The translations under genes and the position numbers were made by a program. A stretch of DNA of 28,695 nucleotides from positions 1 to 28,695 of IMG/VR virus record IMGVR_UViG_3300046010_004172; one strand, written 5' to 3'. The notes below the pieces were generated by a model. That model did not search any database, was not told where the DNA came from, and saw only the letters and a list, made by a program, of their open reading frames with translations. Positions within the stretch are counted from its first letter, which is position 1; each line of letters starts with the position of its first letter. This document shows positions 15,182-24,452 of this stretch, one piece after another. The stretch comes from a virus. Lineage: Duplodnaviria; Caudoviricetes.

Positions 15182-15303
15182 TTAGCTCCGTGCTCCCTGC
15201 TGGACCGCCTGGATCAGTTGGCCAACTTCTGCAAACGGCTTGGTGCCGAGATAGGCCAGCATGTTATTGATCAGGTTCGTGGATAGGCTGATTTTTCTGG
15301 CAT
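15182..15303 (-). pseudogene. Small tail-associated gene with a 1-nt frameshift in an A-run
   Basis: ATG CCA GAA AAA TCA... stops after 10 codons. One extra A gives MPEKISLSTNLINNMLAYLGTKPFAEVGQLIQAVQQGARS*, resembling the small LxYLGxxPY/FxEVxxLI proteins seen after phage tail fibres. Confidence 0.65.
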
Positions 15304-15306
15304 GGT

Positions 15307-15657
15307 TTATTCTTCGGCGGGGGTTTCAGGGGCCAGTTCAACCTGCTGACTATCACGAGTCTCAGCCCGATTGAGGTAATCTGAAAAAAGAGCTTGGTGA
15401 ATCAGACTGACCGAAATTGTCTCTCCGGTTTTTTCCAGCGTGTCGGTGTCTCTTAATTCGATCTCAGCAAATGGGTCTATCGTGTACCCAATCCCTCCGC
15501 CGTCCACGGATTTGCGAATCTGCTCGGAGTCGAGGTTGATAACTTGCTCTTCGTCATATCTGACGGTGGGAAGTCCCCCCAGCGGATTGCCCATGACAAT
15601 CTGCCATGAGCGTTGCCACGAAGTTCCAGATACGGTTTGTTCTTTGTAATCTGCCAT
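15307..15657 (-). CDS. Hypothetical tail-fibre-associated protein (116 aa)
   Basis: GAGGA SD. Acidic protein directly downstream of the 650-aa fibre. Confidence 0.75.
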   Translation of the reverse strand: MADYKEQTVSGTSWQRSWQIVMGNPLGGLPTVRYDEEQVINLDSEQIRKSVDGGGIGYTIDPFAEIELRDTDTLEKTGETISVSLIHQALFSDYLNRAETRDSQQVELAPETPAEE

Positions 15658-15670
15658 TTTTGTCCTCTAA

Positions 15671-17623
15671 TTATGAAAACGCTAATACTGATGAGCTAAT
15701 GAAGTTAGATACTTCAACGTCCCATAATACATACACGCTAGTGGCAACCGTCGCAGTAATAGTGGCTGTTCCAGTACCGTATGCAATGGACAACACCAAC
15801 CCGGCTGAAGTAGTAACATTCGTAGCGACGATCGTTCTTGCTGTCGTAGAAGAAACATGTCTCGTGTAGTAAATTGTTTCAGCAGCACCTTCGGAAACTC
15901 CACCACCAGCGGTACAAGCGCACCTAACCCGAATAACCGCGTTGGTCCAAGACGATACCGAATTAAATGTCACCGTACAGGTTGATGTCGTTCCGGAGAC
16001 CGATATAACTTGCGTAGCCCTGGTAATGCTGTTAAGGCTTCCGAATGGGTTATTAGCGGCAGACTTTATGACCTGTGTTTTTGATGACAGAGTTCCAGCT
16101 ACTGCCAGATTGGCGCTCGAATCCAGCGCCAGTGCATTTTCAACGGTGTTATCCAGAGATATGGACACTTTCGCCGAGTCGGCGGCTGTCCTCAGCGACC
16201 ATGCACCGTTCTGATTAAGGTCCATTCGTCGAATAGAACCGCCCGTCTGAAACTGTAAAGCGCCGTTTGCTCCACCGCTTGCGACGATATAATTGATGCC
16301 ATTTCTTGAAAAATATACAGCGTCTCCGGTTGCCCCAACTCGAACAGTACCAGCAGACCCAGCAATTTCCAGTGGACCTAAAGGACTATTAGTGCCAACC
16401 CCCACTCGATTATTCGTCGCATCAATAAACAGCGTGTTGGAGTCGAAATTGAGGTTATTCGGGCAAGAGACTGCCGTGCCGTTGATTGTTAGCGTGTCGC
16501 TGCTGGCGTCTCCGAGGGTGGTATTGCCGGTTGCGCCAAGGGTGGTGAAATTACCGGCGGCTGGAGTCGTTCCGCCAATCGCGGGAGGCAAGGACAAATC
16601 CAGCGTCCCGCCCAGCGTCAGGTTTCCAGACGTGGTGACGGTGCCAGAGAGGGATAGGCCAGAGACAGTGCCGGTGCCGCCGACGGAGGTGACGGTGCCT
16701 GGAGCCGCACCAGCCGAAATCCCATCCAACTTGGCCTTGTCCGCGGCGGACATTGATCCGGCGGCTGAAGTTGTCGCGGCGGTAATCGCAATGATGGGCG
16801 TCGTCGGGTTAGAGGAAACCGTAATGGGGGCGGTCCCGGTGACGGTCGTAATGGACCCGACGGTTCCCTCTATTACCGAAGTCGTCCCCGCATTCGGATC
16901 GTAGTAGGCGCTATAAAGCCCTCCTGCGTCACGGTTACGCACCCAGTAGTACCAGGTGGGGCTGCCCGCCGCAGGCTTGTGTAGGAAAACGGACCCGGCG
17001 CTCTCGCCAAGCTTGCTGGCTACTGCCACGTTGTCAGTGAGACTTGCCCACACCTCGGTCACATCGCGGTCGCCGATGTAACTGTTGGTCCACTTGATTG
17101 CGACGTAGCCAATAACTCCTTCCGCGGTCAGGCTAGTCGGTGTTGGGGGTGGTCCATCCCATACTGACCCCACCACCAACGTCACCAGATTGCTGCTGGA
17201 CGAGTAGTTCCTCGCGTCGCCAGAGTAACGGGCGTAAAGCGAGTGCGTCCCCTGAGTAAAACCGCTCGTCGTATAAATCGCTAGGTCATCGGTGACCGAT
17301 ACCGTAGCCAGCAATGCGGTGCTATCGTAGAAAGCCACGGTGCCGGTAGGAGTATTCCCCACCACACTGGCCGACAGAGTGACCGTTGCCCCGACCGCCG
17401 GGTTGGGGGGGTCTACCGCTAACACCAATGTGGTCAGGACAGGAAGGTCCGGTGCTGGTTCGGGGGGTGCTGTGCCCCCTCCCGATGAAGTCGTTTGTGT
17501 CAGTGTCGATCTGGAGAGTCCGTCGACTTGGCTGGACACATCACTGATCGCATTGCGTAATTCGCGCAAAAACCCAGCGAGTGTGCTGTCCTTGATCGTG
17601 GTGGGGACGTTACGTAATCCCAT
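15671..17623 (-). CDS. Tail fibre with Ig-like (Big_3-type) and FN3-like domains (650 aa)
   Basis: VTLSASVVGNTPTGTVAFYD...GTHSLYARYSGD (Big_3-like); PPTPTSLTAEG...IKW...TEVWAS...WYYWVRNRD (FN3-like); fibre motifs SAADKAKLDGI, IGGTTPAAGNFTTL and NTLFIDATNNRVGVGT. TAATG overlap with the nozzle gene. Confidence 0.85.
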   Translation of the reverse strand: MGLRNVPTTIKDSTLAGFLRELRNAISDVSSQVDGLSRSTLTQTTSSGGGTAPPEPAPDLPVLTTLVLAVDPPNPAVGATVTLSASVVGNTPTGTVAFYDSTALLATVSVTDDLAIYTTSGFTQGTHSLYARYSGDARNYSSSSNLVTLVVGSVWDGPPPTPTSLTAEGVIGYVAIKWTNSYIGDRDVTEVWASLTDNVAVASKLGESAGSVFLHKPAAGSPTWYYWVRNRDAGGLYSAYYDPNAGTTSVIEGTVGSITTVTGTAPITVSSNPTTPIIAITAATTSAAGSMSAADKAKLDGISAGAAPGTVTSVGGTGTVSGLSLSGTVTTSGNLTLGGTLDLSLPPAIGGTTPAAGNFTTLGATGNTTLGDASSDTLTINGTAVSCPNNLNFDSNTLFIDATNNRVGVGTNSPLGPLEIAGSAGTVRVGATGDAVYFSRNGINYIVASGGANGALQFQTGGSIRRMDLNQNGAWSLRTAADSAKVSISLDNTVENALALDSSANLAVAGTLSSKTQVIKSAANNPFGSLNSITRATQVISVSGTTSTCTVTFNSVSSWTNAVIRVRCACTAGGGVSEGAAETIYYTRHVSSTTARTIVATNVTTSAGLVLSIAYGTGTATITATVATSVYVLWDVEVSNFISSSVLAFS

Positions 17624-20058
17624 TACGGCGCTTCTTTCATCTCGTCCATGACGCGCCCCACCATTACCGTACCGACTGGGATGCTACCTTCCAGTGTGAT
17701 CTGAAATGCCGTGAACCGACCGGGCGCGACATAAGGGATGCGAAACGGTCGGTTACCCAGGATTGCATCCGGCGAGGTGCTGGTGCTGATTTCGTAGATT
17801 TTTACGGCTGCGTTGTTGTCATATCCATGCAAGACGAACTTTAGTGTCCGCCCAGTGAGATCGACCCTGGTCGTAAAAATCTGTGCCACACCCATCAGCT
17901 CAGGGATTGGTAACTGGAACCACTTGGAGGTCCATTTGTATGCCTTGAATGCCGCTATGTCTTGGTTCCACCCGTAGATTTTGCCGTCTGCCTTGGACAA
18001 TATAAGTAGTACGTCGGTAACCAGATCATTGCAAAATGCCACGGCGTCCAGCGTCAAATCGGTAAAACTTTGCGTCTGCGGGTCGTAGATAAACCCTTTC
18101 TTGGCGCCCAGCGAGTCCGTGTAGGTCGCCAGATAGCGGCCTTCTACCTGTGCGGCGTTGAGCGTGGACTTGTCACCCACATACCCCAGATACGTTTGCC
18201 ACTGTTCCCGTGTCATGACCGGCTTAGTCAGTAGTTGGACATTGGCCCCGGAGACGGCCACCAACCCGTCGGGGCTGGCGTAGATAGCGAACTCACCCAT
18301 ATCCACAATCGACCGTCTCGCCACGCATCCGTGTGGGTATTCCAGCTTCTGCATGGACCAGTTAGCCGGGCTGTCGCCTATCAGGATGTAGGGCATTCCC
18401 TTGGTGACCACGACCAGACCGGATGAAGTCGGCGCTAGACCTACCACCTCGTACTCAGTAGCTACCTGATGCGCGATGGGCCAGGCGTAAGGCGCATAAG
18501 GAACCGTCCCCCAGATCGTTCTCCCGCGAAAGCCAGCCACAACGCCGTTCGGTGCGTTGATCAGTCCCTTGATGCCCTGCACCGGCACCGCCCACCCTGT
18601 CGTCGCGAGCGGTTCGCCAAGTTGTGCGTCGGTCTTGCTATCGGTAAAAGTGAAAGCAGGGTTTGTCGCTTCTGCCCAGGTAATGGTATTGGCGTCGTCT
18701 TCCTCGGTGGTCACCAGGCGGAACGTACCCAACTCGTCGGTACGGTAAATACGCAGCTTGGTCGGCTGGGTGTACGCCGCAAGTGGGTACTTTGTTTCGT
18801 CATAGGAGGCAATAGGTAGCGACGCCGCAGGGAACAACGCCGGACTCCCCGGCACCACGTCGATCGGGTCGGTTGGTTGTGAGGGTTCGGATTCGTCTCC
18901 AGACGCATTAACAAAAGTGACGCAGTAAGCGCGCGACCGCACGGTGTCGATCGTGGCGGCGTCTTCCCAGGTCGCCACTTCTCCAGTTTGTTTGGTATGA
19001 AGGATGACTAGCGCAGGGGGGACAATCGTTCCCGTGACTAGGTTGACCGTAGTCGATGCGTCCAGCGCATTACCAACGTCGGCCAGTTTGGCGTAGCGCA
19101 ACTTCTGATCCGCAGCGAGTGCTCCGCTAAACGTGCCCGTGTGAGGAAACCCACCGGCTGAATTGACAACGGTAAAACGATTTCCCGATACTTCACCTAC
19201 AGAGTAAATGGCTTCCCGAGATAGAACGCCCTGTAGCGTTGCATTATTTTTGTAAGTTAAGACGATCTGATCCCCAACGTCCACACCGAGCGATGCACCC
19301 GAGGCTACCTGTATCCACAGTGGTTTACCCACCGTCATATTGATCCAGGTCGTCCCATCCAGCGACCCCGCTTTTCCCGCCGCGATCTGTTTCAGTCCGG
19401 TATTGAGAAGCTCTATGTTGCGTGTCCCATTTAACGCAATGGTGTAGGGACCGGGGTCCATTCCGGGAAAAGTCACCAGAATCTGCGACCCGGTTTTCAG
19501 GCTGCTCGGTAGGTCCGCCGACGTAGTGATCTTGGTATTGTAGGTACGCGCCGTATTGCCGATCGGTCGGGTGTAGAACGAAGCGAAAGCAATCTCTCCC
19601 GATCGGATCTGCGCTTCGACGGATTTTTGCAATGGCGCTGGCTTGGGCACCCCCAGCCGCTTTGGCAGAGAAGCCCCGGAAGGAATTGTTCCGCCCGACG
19701 GGAAATTATCCAGCGTGCGGGGGTAGCTGTTTGCATCGTCGCTGGCTAGGGCGGCGTCAGAATAGAAAACGCGCCTGTCATTAGAAGCGTCCGAAAAGAA
19801 GACTGGGCTACGCGCAAAATCCTTATCGCCCGTATCCCGAATCAGTTGCCCCTGGTCGTACAAGTAGATGGTCGAGGGATCGCCGAGAGATGTCGTCGCA
19901 CCCGTGAAAGTGGTCGACAGCTTGTCCCCATAGTAGGGGCGCAGATCACCGGAACGAAAATCACAATCCACCGCCACTTGCGCCTGGTGATCTTCCAGAC
20001 GCTGCGGGGCCGAAATGAGATTAAGGCCGGAAAAGCCTGGCACGGTAATTCGGCTCAT
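17623..20058 (-). CDS. Tail nozzle / tubular protein with large internal insertion (811 aa)
   Basis: RAYCVTFVNASGDESEPS, GLINAPNGVVAGF, PYAPYAWP, CVARRSIV...YASPDGLV and YKWTSKWF are motifs I associate with 933W-like podovirus tail proteins. Position between the adaptors/fibre and the FN3 fibre fits. Confidence 0.8.
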   Translation of the reverse strand: MSRITVPGFSGLNLISAPQRLEDHQAQVAVDCDFRSGDLRPYYGDKLSTTFTGATTSLGDPSTIYLYDQGQLIRDTGDKDFARSPVFFSDASNDRRVFYSDAALASDDANSYPRTLDNFPSGGTIPSGASLPKRLGVPKPAPLQKSVEAQIRSGEIAFASFYTRPIGNTARTYNTKITTSADLPSSLKTGSQILVTFPGMDPGPYTIALNGTRNIELLNTGLKQIAAGKAGSLDGTTWINMTVGKPLWIQVASGASLGVDVGDQIVLTYKNNATLQGVLSREAIYSVGEVSGNRFTVVNSAGGFPHTGTFSGALAADQKLRYAKLADVGNALDASTTVNLVTGTIVPPALVILHTKQTGEVATWEDAATIDTVRSRAYCVTFVNASGDESEPSQPTDPIDVVPGSPALFPAASLPIASYDETKYPLAAYTQPTKLRIYRTDELGTFRLVTTEEDDANTITWAEATNPAFTFTDSKTDAQLGEPLATTGWAVPVQGIKGLINAPNGVVAGFRGRTIWGTVPYAPYAWPIAHQVATEYEVVGLAPTSSGLVVVTKGMPYILIGDSPANWSMQKLEYPHGCVARRSIVDMGEFAIYASPDGLVAVSGANVQLLTKPVMTREQWQTYLGYVGDKSTLNAAQVEGRYLATYTDSLGAKKGFIYDPQTQSFTDLTLDAVAFCNDLVTDVLLILSKADGKIYGWNQDIAAFKAYKWTSKWFQLPIPELMGVAQIFTTRVDLTGRTLKFVLHGYDNNAAVKIYEISTSTSPDAILGNRPFRIPYVAPGRFTAFQITLEGSIPVGTVMVGRVMDEMKEAP

Positions 20059-20067
20059 AACCTACCC

Positions 20068-20325
20068 CTAGCTCATGTTCATGCTGCGGGCGGTTTCCCA
20101 CCAACTCGCTCCGTTCCAGATGAACGCAACCGTATAGGCAATAGCCGCGTCCCCGGTGATCCTATAAGTAATGCTGCGCCCGACAACCTCAACATCTTTC
20201 CAGGCCCGCAAGGCGCCGTTATCCAGCGGGAAGTCTAGCCCTGACTGACCGTTCTCTGGTGGCAGCAGCGTCGGATCAACTTTTTTGATGATACCGGCGA
20301 ATTTGTTGATGTCGATTAAAGTCAT
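20068..20325 (-). CDS. Small chimeric ORF (85 aa): nozzle-like N-terminus plus fibre-like C-terminus
   Basis: Likely start MTLIDINKFAGIIKKVDPTLLPPENGQSGLDFPLDNGALRAW, 10 nt after the spike stop; it aligns with the nozzle N-terminus. Ends in YTVAFIWNGASWWETAR, like fibre C-terminal F-x-[YW]-[DN]-G-x-x-W-x-E motifs. Confidence 0.6.
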   Translation of the reverse strand: MTLIDINKFAGIIKKVDPTLLPPENGQSGLDFPLDNGALRAWKDVEVVGRSITYRITGDAAIAYTVAFIWNGASWWETARSMNMS

Positions 20326-20335
20326 ATTACGGCGC

Positions 20336-23300
20336 TCAACGAACCGATTGAATCCAGCCGGCAACACGAGCAGCCAACTGGTAGTAGCCCTCTGCATTGG
20401 GGTGCGGGTCGTTGTTGTGGGTCAGGATGACGGCAGATCCTGTGTATTCCGCGAAAGGTTTTTCTGCATCGCCGGGCCAATCGGGTGTAATGACGGTAAA
20501 GCCATAATCCGGGTCGACCGAGCTGCCCGCGTCTACCAGATAGATGCCCTCGCCGGTACGATTGTCGTAGTTCTGGATAATAAGACTTCTCACTTCCCAA
20601 AGTGTGGCGTCCATGCGTCGGGTGAACCGAGCGCCCGTGTCGGTATTCAAACTGCCGGTCACGGACAGCGGGATCAATATAGCCACCTTGCCGACGCCCG
20701 CCGCTTGGGCGGAAGCGATCATCGTGTCCACTCGCGCTTTCCATGCAGGGAACAGTTTGAACGACACCTCTCTTGGCACCGTATTCCCGGAGAAATCGTT
20801 ATACCCCGACATAATGGCAACCGCATTCGGGGTGGCTACACCAAATGTTGAAAGGTACTTCGTGAAGTTGAACTCCCAGGTAAGCCCGGTGATCGTGTTC
20901 CACGCGCTGCCGTCCCATACCTGGAAGACGCTAGTGGCGTCGTCGTATATCACTGCGTTGGCGGCGAGCGTAGAAGAGCCTGGGTCTTTCGTGGGTCGAC
21001 CGTTAGCGTCAATGCCCAAGGTGGCGTAGATCGCTGTCATCCCTACAACATCGGCATGAGTCGGTGCGGCGGCAACTTGCTTCCAGGTTTTAGTGGTGCC
21101 CATGTACCGATAGGCGCCGACCGGGTGCATGAACGGAGTGAATCCGTAATTTGCGTGAGCGCCGTACAGCTCGAAGAGGTTTTTTAAGGACCAACCGCTT
21201 CTCGCCTCATGGAATACACTTGGTTGAGAAGCCCCCGCTCGAATGCCCAGCGTGGTAATCGCTGGAATCAGTGATTGAATCCGGTTTAGCCAATGCCCCT
21301 CAAACGTCATGCTGTCGCCGATGGCCAACATACTGAACGCGGTTGACGGGGTTGACGGGCTTTTTACGACTGCCGTAGTGGTTTTTGTGGCGACGGGATC
21401 AAATTCCCCGTCATATAGGGTAGCGGTTAAAGCAACATCGCCTGCTGCGGCAGGAGTCGCCCAGGCCTTGCGCTCGTTGTTGCCGAACCCAGTGCCGTTA
21501 ATGCGGGTAAAGAAAACATCCCGCACGGTACGCCGCTGGATGGCCTGGTAGTAGATGTTGTTCTGGTTGCCCGCCAACATGTAGATTTTGGAAGGGAGCG
21601 CCAGGGTATTGTCCGCCCACTGCAAGGCTTGATTGATCTTGCCTTTATCCAGGTTACCCCTATACGCCAGGGTGTAAGGCTCATAAATCGTCGGAGTTGT
21701 CCCGCGCTCGAACTGTATCTTGTCGGTCTCGACTGCTGACGTCGTACCCAGACGGGCGTATGCCGCATTACTGGGGCTGGTAATGGATAGTGTGGAATAT
21801 GTACTTCCTTGGCTGATGTAGACCTTGTCGGCGTTATACCAAGCAATCTTGGCGGTGTAGACAGTGTTAGCAATGTAGGCAGTGGAAGGCGCTACGGGCA
21901 TGTAGTCGGTGTAGACGGTGCTGCCGGCGAAAGCCGCGTTCGTGCTGACCTGACCGCCACTTCCCCATACGGATGAGGCCACACTTGGCCCACTAATTTC
22001 AAACAGGTTTTTTCCGACCGATTCTTGTAAGTAGGCGTCTAAAAGTCCTTGATCCTCCGAATCTGAAATAATGGCAGATAGATTCAGGTTTTCGTTATCA
22101 ACCAGCTTATAGTAACTTTCATAGCCAGTGGACACCGCGCCTACCTCTATTTGGCCCCCTGATATTTTCGACGGCTCTAGGACGACACGAATAAAGTGCG
22201 TAGCAGCCCCTATAGCACGAGGCGCTGATTTGTTTATGCTCCCGTACAGAGATAGGTACTGCTTATCCTGGCCATACTCATACACCGTCCAGTTGAAGGC
22301 GTCGTTATTGACGTACTGAGTCGAAGGAGTAACCGGAATAAATCCAGATGCCGAGGTTGTCCACGCTGGACTAGTGGCAACCATTCCTGACGTGTTGTTA
22401 ATTGTGGCATTCGCTGTAAACGCTTGAGATGAGTCGAATAGGTTCTTTCCGACCTTTTTGTATACATCCGGCTCGGCAAATGCTGACTTAGATTTAATGG
22501 AAGCGATGACGGAGTCTGTATCAACGATGCTCGCGCGGATCAGTTCCTTGTAAGGTTCATAGACCGTTTTAATGGCCCCGTCTTCTATCTGCAAAGTGGT
22601 ATTACCACTTAACCCGCCGCCCTCTATCCTTATAAAATGGGTCGTTGCCCCCAAGGTGAGGGGCGCAGATGCGGTATAGACTAGGTTATAGACCCCAACG
22701 TAGGTTTTTGTGGCGTCGTACTGGGCGATCTTGATGTTCGCGGGGGCGTTGTTGACATAGGTGGCCGCAGCTGTGACAGGGATAAAACCAGAAACCTCGG
22801 TCGTGAAAGCCAGATTAGTCGATGGCAACCCAGTTGTGGTGTTGATTATTGAGTTCGCCAGGAAGGTCTGATCTTTGTCAAAGATGTTCTTGCCGACGCT
22901 ACGAATACTGTCGTAAGCCGCTTTGCTCGGATAATCCGTTATCGGTGTTGAGACGGACGAACTAACGCGCCGATAGACATACGCAGCCACATTGCCGCTA
23001 CCCGCGACCAGGAAATAAGCGCCGTCTGCCACAGCAGCGCGACCGGTGGCCTCATCCGGATATAGGTTGGCGTTAACAACTGCTGCGTCTCTAGCGGCCT
23101 CGGCGTTGGCCTCCGCAATCGTAGCGGCTTCGGCACTAGCCACCGCCGTATCTCGGGCGGCAACAAGATCTGGTGTCAGCGTCCCAGTGTCGCCGCGAGG
23201 AATGGTGAAATTAAGCACTGGGTCAAGCTGCGTCCCGGTAATCGTTACGACCGCAGAAGATCCGGGCAACCCAGTGGTTACCAAGCCAACAGCCAGTTCA

Positions 23301-23365
23301 GGCACCGCTCCGGGAATACCGCGAAAACCAGTAATGCTGACAATGTTTGATATTAAGCTGGCCAT
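20336..23365 (-). CDS. Tail spike/fibre with three GKNLF repeats and a C-terminal SGNH (GDSL) esterase (1009 aa)
   Basis: GAGGA SD. SGNH blocks: AIGDSMT (~21311-21319), ARSGW, SGYNDF, NDPHPNAEGY. Three ~115-aa repeats GKN[IL]F...[GD][FY][IM]PV...Q[IF]ExG...TxYE[PS]Y. Confidence 0.88.
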   Translation of the reverse strand: MASLISNIVSITGFRGIPGAVPELAVGLVTTGLPGSSAVVTITGTQLDPVLNFTIPRGDTGTLTPDLVAARDTAVASAEAATIAEANAEAARDAAVVNANLYPDEATGRAAVADGAYFLVAGSGNVAAYVYRRVSSSVSTPITDYPSKAAYDSIRSVGKNIFDKDQTFLANSIINTTTGLPSTNLAFTTEVSGFIPVTAAATYVNNAPANIKIAQYDATKTYVGVYNLVYTASAPLTLGATTHFIRIEGGGLSGNTTLQIEDGAIKTVYEPYKELIRASIVDTDSVIASIKSKSAFAEPDVYKKVGKNLFDSSQAFTANATINNTSGMVATSPAWTTSASGFIPVTPSTQYVNNDAFNWTVYEYGQDKQYLSLYGSINKSAPRAIGAATHFIRVVLEPSKISGGQIEVGAVSTGYESYYKLVDNENLNLSAIISDSEDQGLLDAYLQESVGKNLFEISGPSVASSVWGSGGQVSTNAAFAGSTVYTDYMPVAPSTAYIANTVYTAKIAWYNADKVYISQGSTYSTLSITSPSNAAYARLGTTSAVETDKIQFERGTTPTIYEPYTLAYRGNLDKGKINQALQWADNTLALPSKIYMLAGNQNNIYYQAIQRRTVRDVFFTRINGTGFGNNERKAWATPAAAGDVALTATLYDGEFDPVATKTTTAVVKSPSTPSTAFSMLAIGDSMTFEGHWLNRIQSLIPAITTLGIRAGASQPSVFHEARSGWSLKNLFELYGAHANYGFTPFMHPVGAYRYMGTTKTWKQVAAAPTHADVVGMTAIYATLGIDANGRPTKDPGSSTLAANAVIYDDATSVFQVWDGSAWNTITGLTWEFNFTKYLSTFGVATPNAVAIMSGYNDFSGNTVPREVSFKLFPAWKARVDTMIASAQAAGVGKVAILIPLSVTGSLNTDTGARFTRRMDATLWEVRSLIIQNYDNRTGEGIYLVDAGSSVDPDYGFTVITPDWPGDAEKPFAEYTGSAVILTHNNDPHPNAEGYYQLAARVAGWIQSVR

Positions 23366-23366
23366 C

Positions 23367-23753
23367 TTAATCCTCTGCGACAGTCACTTCAGGAACAACC
23401 CGGATGCGATCTTTAAAGTCATCGGGGTCAGGGGCAAGCGTCATTATATCCGCTCCGTGTGACACCGTGGCTGGCACTTCAGCCTGGATGTCCCATACAT
23501 ACTTTCCAGGGGCCAGTAGCGCTGTCATTGCGGGAGGCACTCGGATAATCGCTTTCCGCTCAACAATAAGATCTGCGGGATCGTCCCCCACGGTAGACAC
23601 GACCTGTAGCGCAGGCGGTTCGTCAAAGTTCTCCCGCATCGTGAAAGTGTGAGTGAACCCAGTGATGTCCGTGGACTCGTCGTATTGGATTTCAAGGTAG
23701 AACGAGTCCCCGACCCGCATGTCATCGGCAAAATATTTGGAGGATGTGCTCAC
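23367..23753 (-). CDS. Small beta-sandwich tail protein (BppU-N-like, 128 aa)
   Basis: GDSFYLEIQY...DITG...TALLAPGKYVWDIQ pattern is common in phage fibre-attachment domains. Lies immediately upstream of the spike. Confidence 0.7.
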   Translation of the reverse strand: MSTSSKYFADDMRVGDSFYLEIQYDESTDITGFTHTFTMRENFDEPPALQVVSTVGDDPADLIVERKAIIRVPPAMTALLAPGKYVWDIQAEVPATVSHGADIMTLAPDPDDFKDRIRVVPEVTVAED

Positions 23754-23756
23754 GAC

Positions 23757-24452
23757 TTAGCCCCCCCGTTGCGTTGGGACCCCGCCGATACCACCGCCCC
23801 GCGGGTTGTTCGCCGCGCCGCCGATGTTGTTGGTGTTGGCGCTGCTGGCGAAATCGTTCTGGCGTCCGAGGCCCAGCGCATTGGCGAACTGCTGGTAGTG
23901 GGCCAGGGCGCGTTGGGCGTTGCCGGCGTACTCCGAGTCCTTGCTGAAGGCGCGATAGCAGACGTAATCCACCATCGCCCCGCCATAGAGTTCCTCGTAA
24001 GCGGTCAGCGTCGAGCTGGTGGTGTAATCGGTCGGCGCCTTCTGGTAGATCACCTCCACCGAAGCGCCACTGGTGGCCGGCGGATACACCCAGAAGGTGC
24101 TGGGGTTGCGCTCATCGACCATGAAATGCTTGACGGTAGAACTACCCGCCATCTGGTGCCAGCCAGGGTTCTGCTGATCCAGGAAGCCGCGCTGCGTCAC
24201 GGTAATCGCCGCGCCGCTGGTGTTCCGGGGGATGTCCATCAGCCGCAGCCCATCAGCGGGCAGCTCCTGCTTGGCCCCGGCGGTCAGCGCCTTGGTCGCC
24301 ACCGTCGAATAAATATCCGGTCGCACCACCGCCAGCTCGCGCCGACTGTCATTCAACCAGTTGAGGATCTCCGTCTCCGGCCACCTCACGTTCGTGAGGT
24401 CTTGAAAAATCATGGACGCCCGGTCCAGAATGTTCTTAGCGGTCAGTGCCAT
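23757..24452 (-). CDS. Head-tail adaptor-like protein (DUF6682-like, 231 aa)
   Basis: LQ/FQD...VRWPETEILNWLNDSRRELAVVRPD, FWVYPPA and DYVCYRAFSKDSEYA are motifs of N4-like/933W-like adaptor proteins. AGGA SD. Confidence 0.8.
   Translation of the reverse strand: MALTAKNILDRASMIFQDLTNVRWPETEILNWLNDSRRELAVVRPDIYSTVATKALTAGAKQELPADGLRLMDIPRNTSGAAITVTQRGFLDQQNPGWHQMAGSSTVKHFMVDERNPSTFWVYPPATSGASVEVIYQKAPTDYTTSSTLTAYEELYGGAMVDYVCYRAFSKDSEYAGNAQRALAHYQQFANALGLGRQNDFASSANTNNIGGAANNPRGGGIGGVPTQRGG

Noticed and set aside
20322-20744. 140-aa alternative-frame ORF at the end of the spike gene
   Set aside because: Overlaps the SGNH catalytic blocks and has Arg-rich shadow composition.
23750-23986. 78-aa alternative-frame ORF at the end of the adaptor gene
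   Set aside because: Ser/Thr/Pro/Arg shadow of a conserved coding region, with no independent support.
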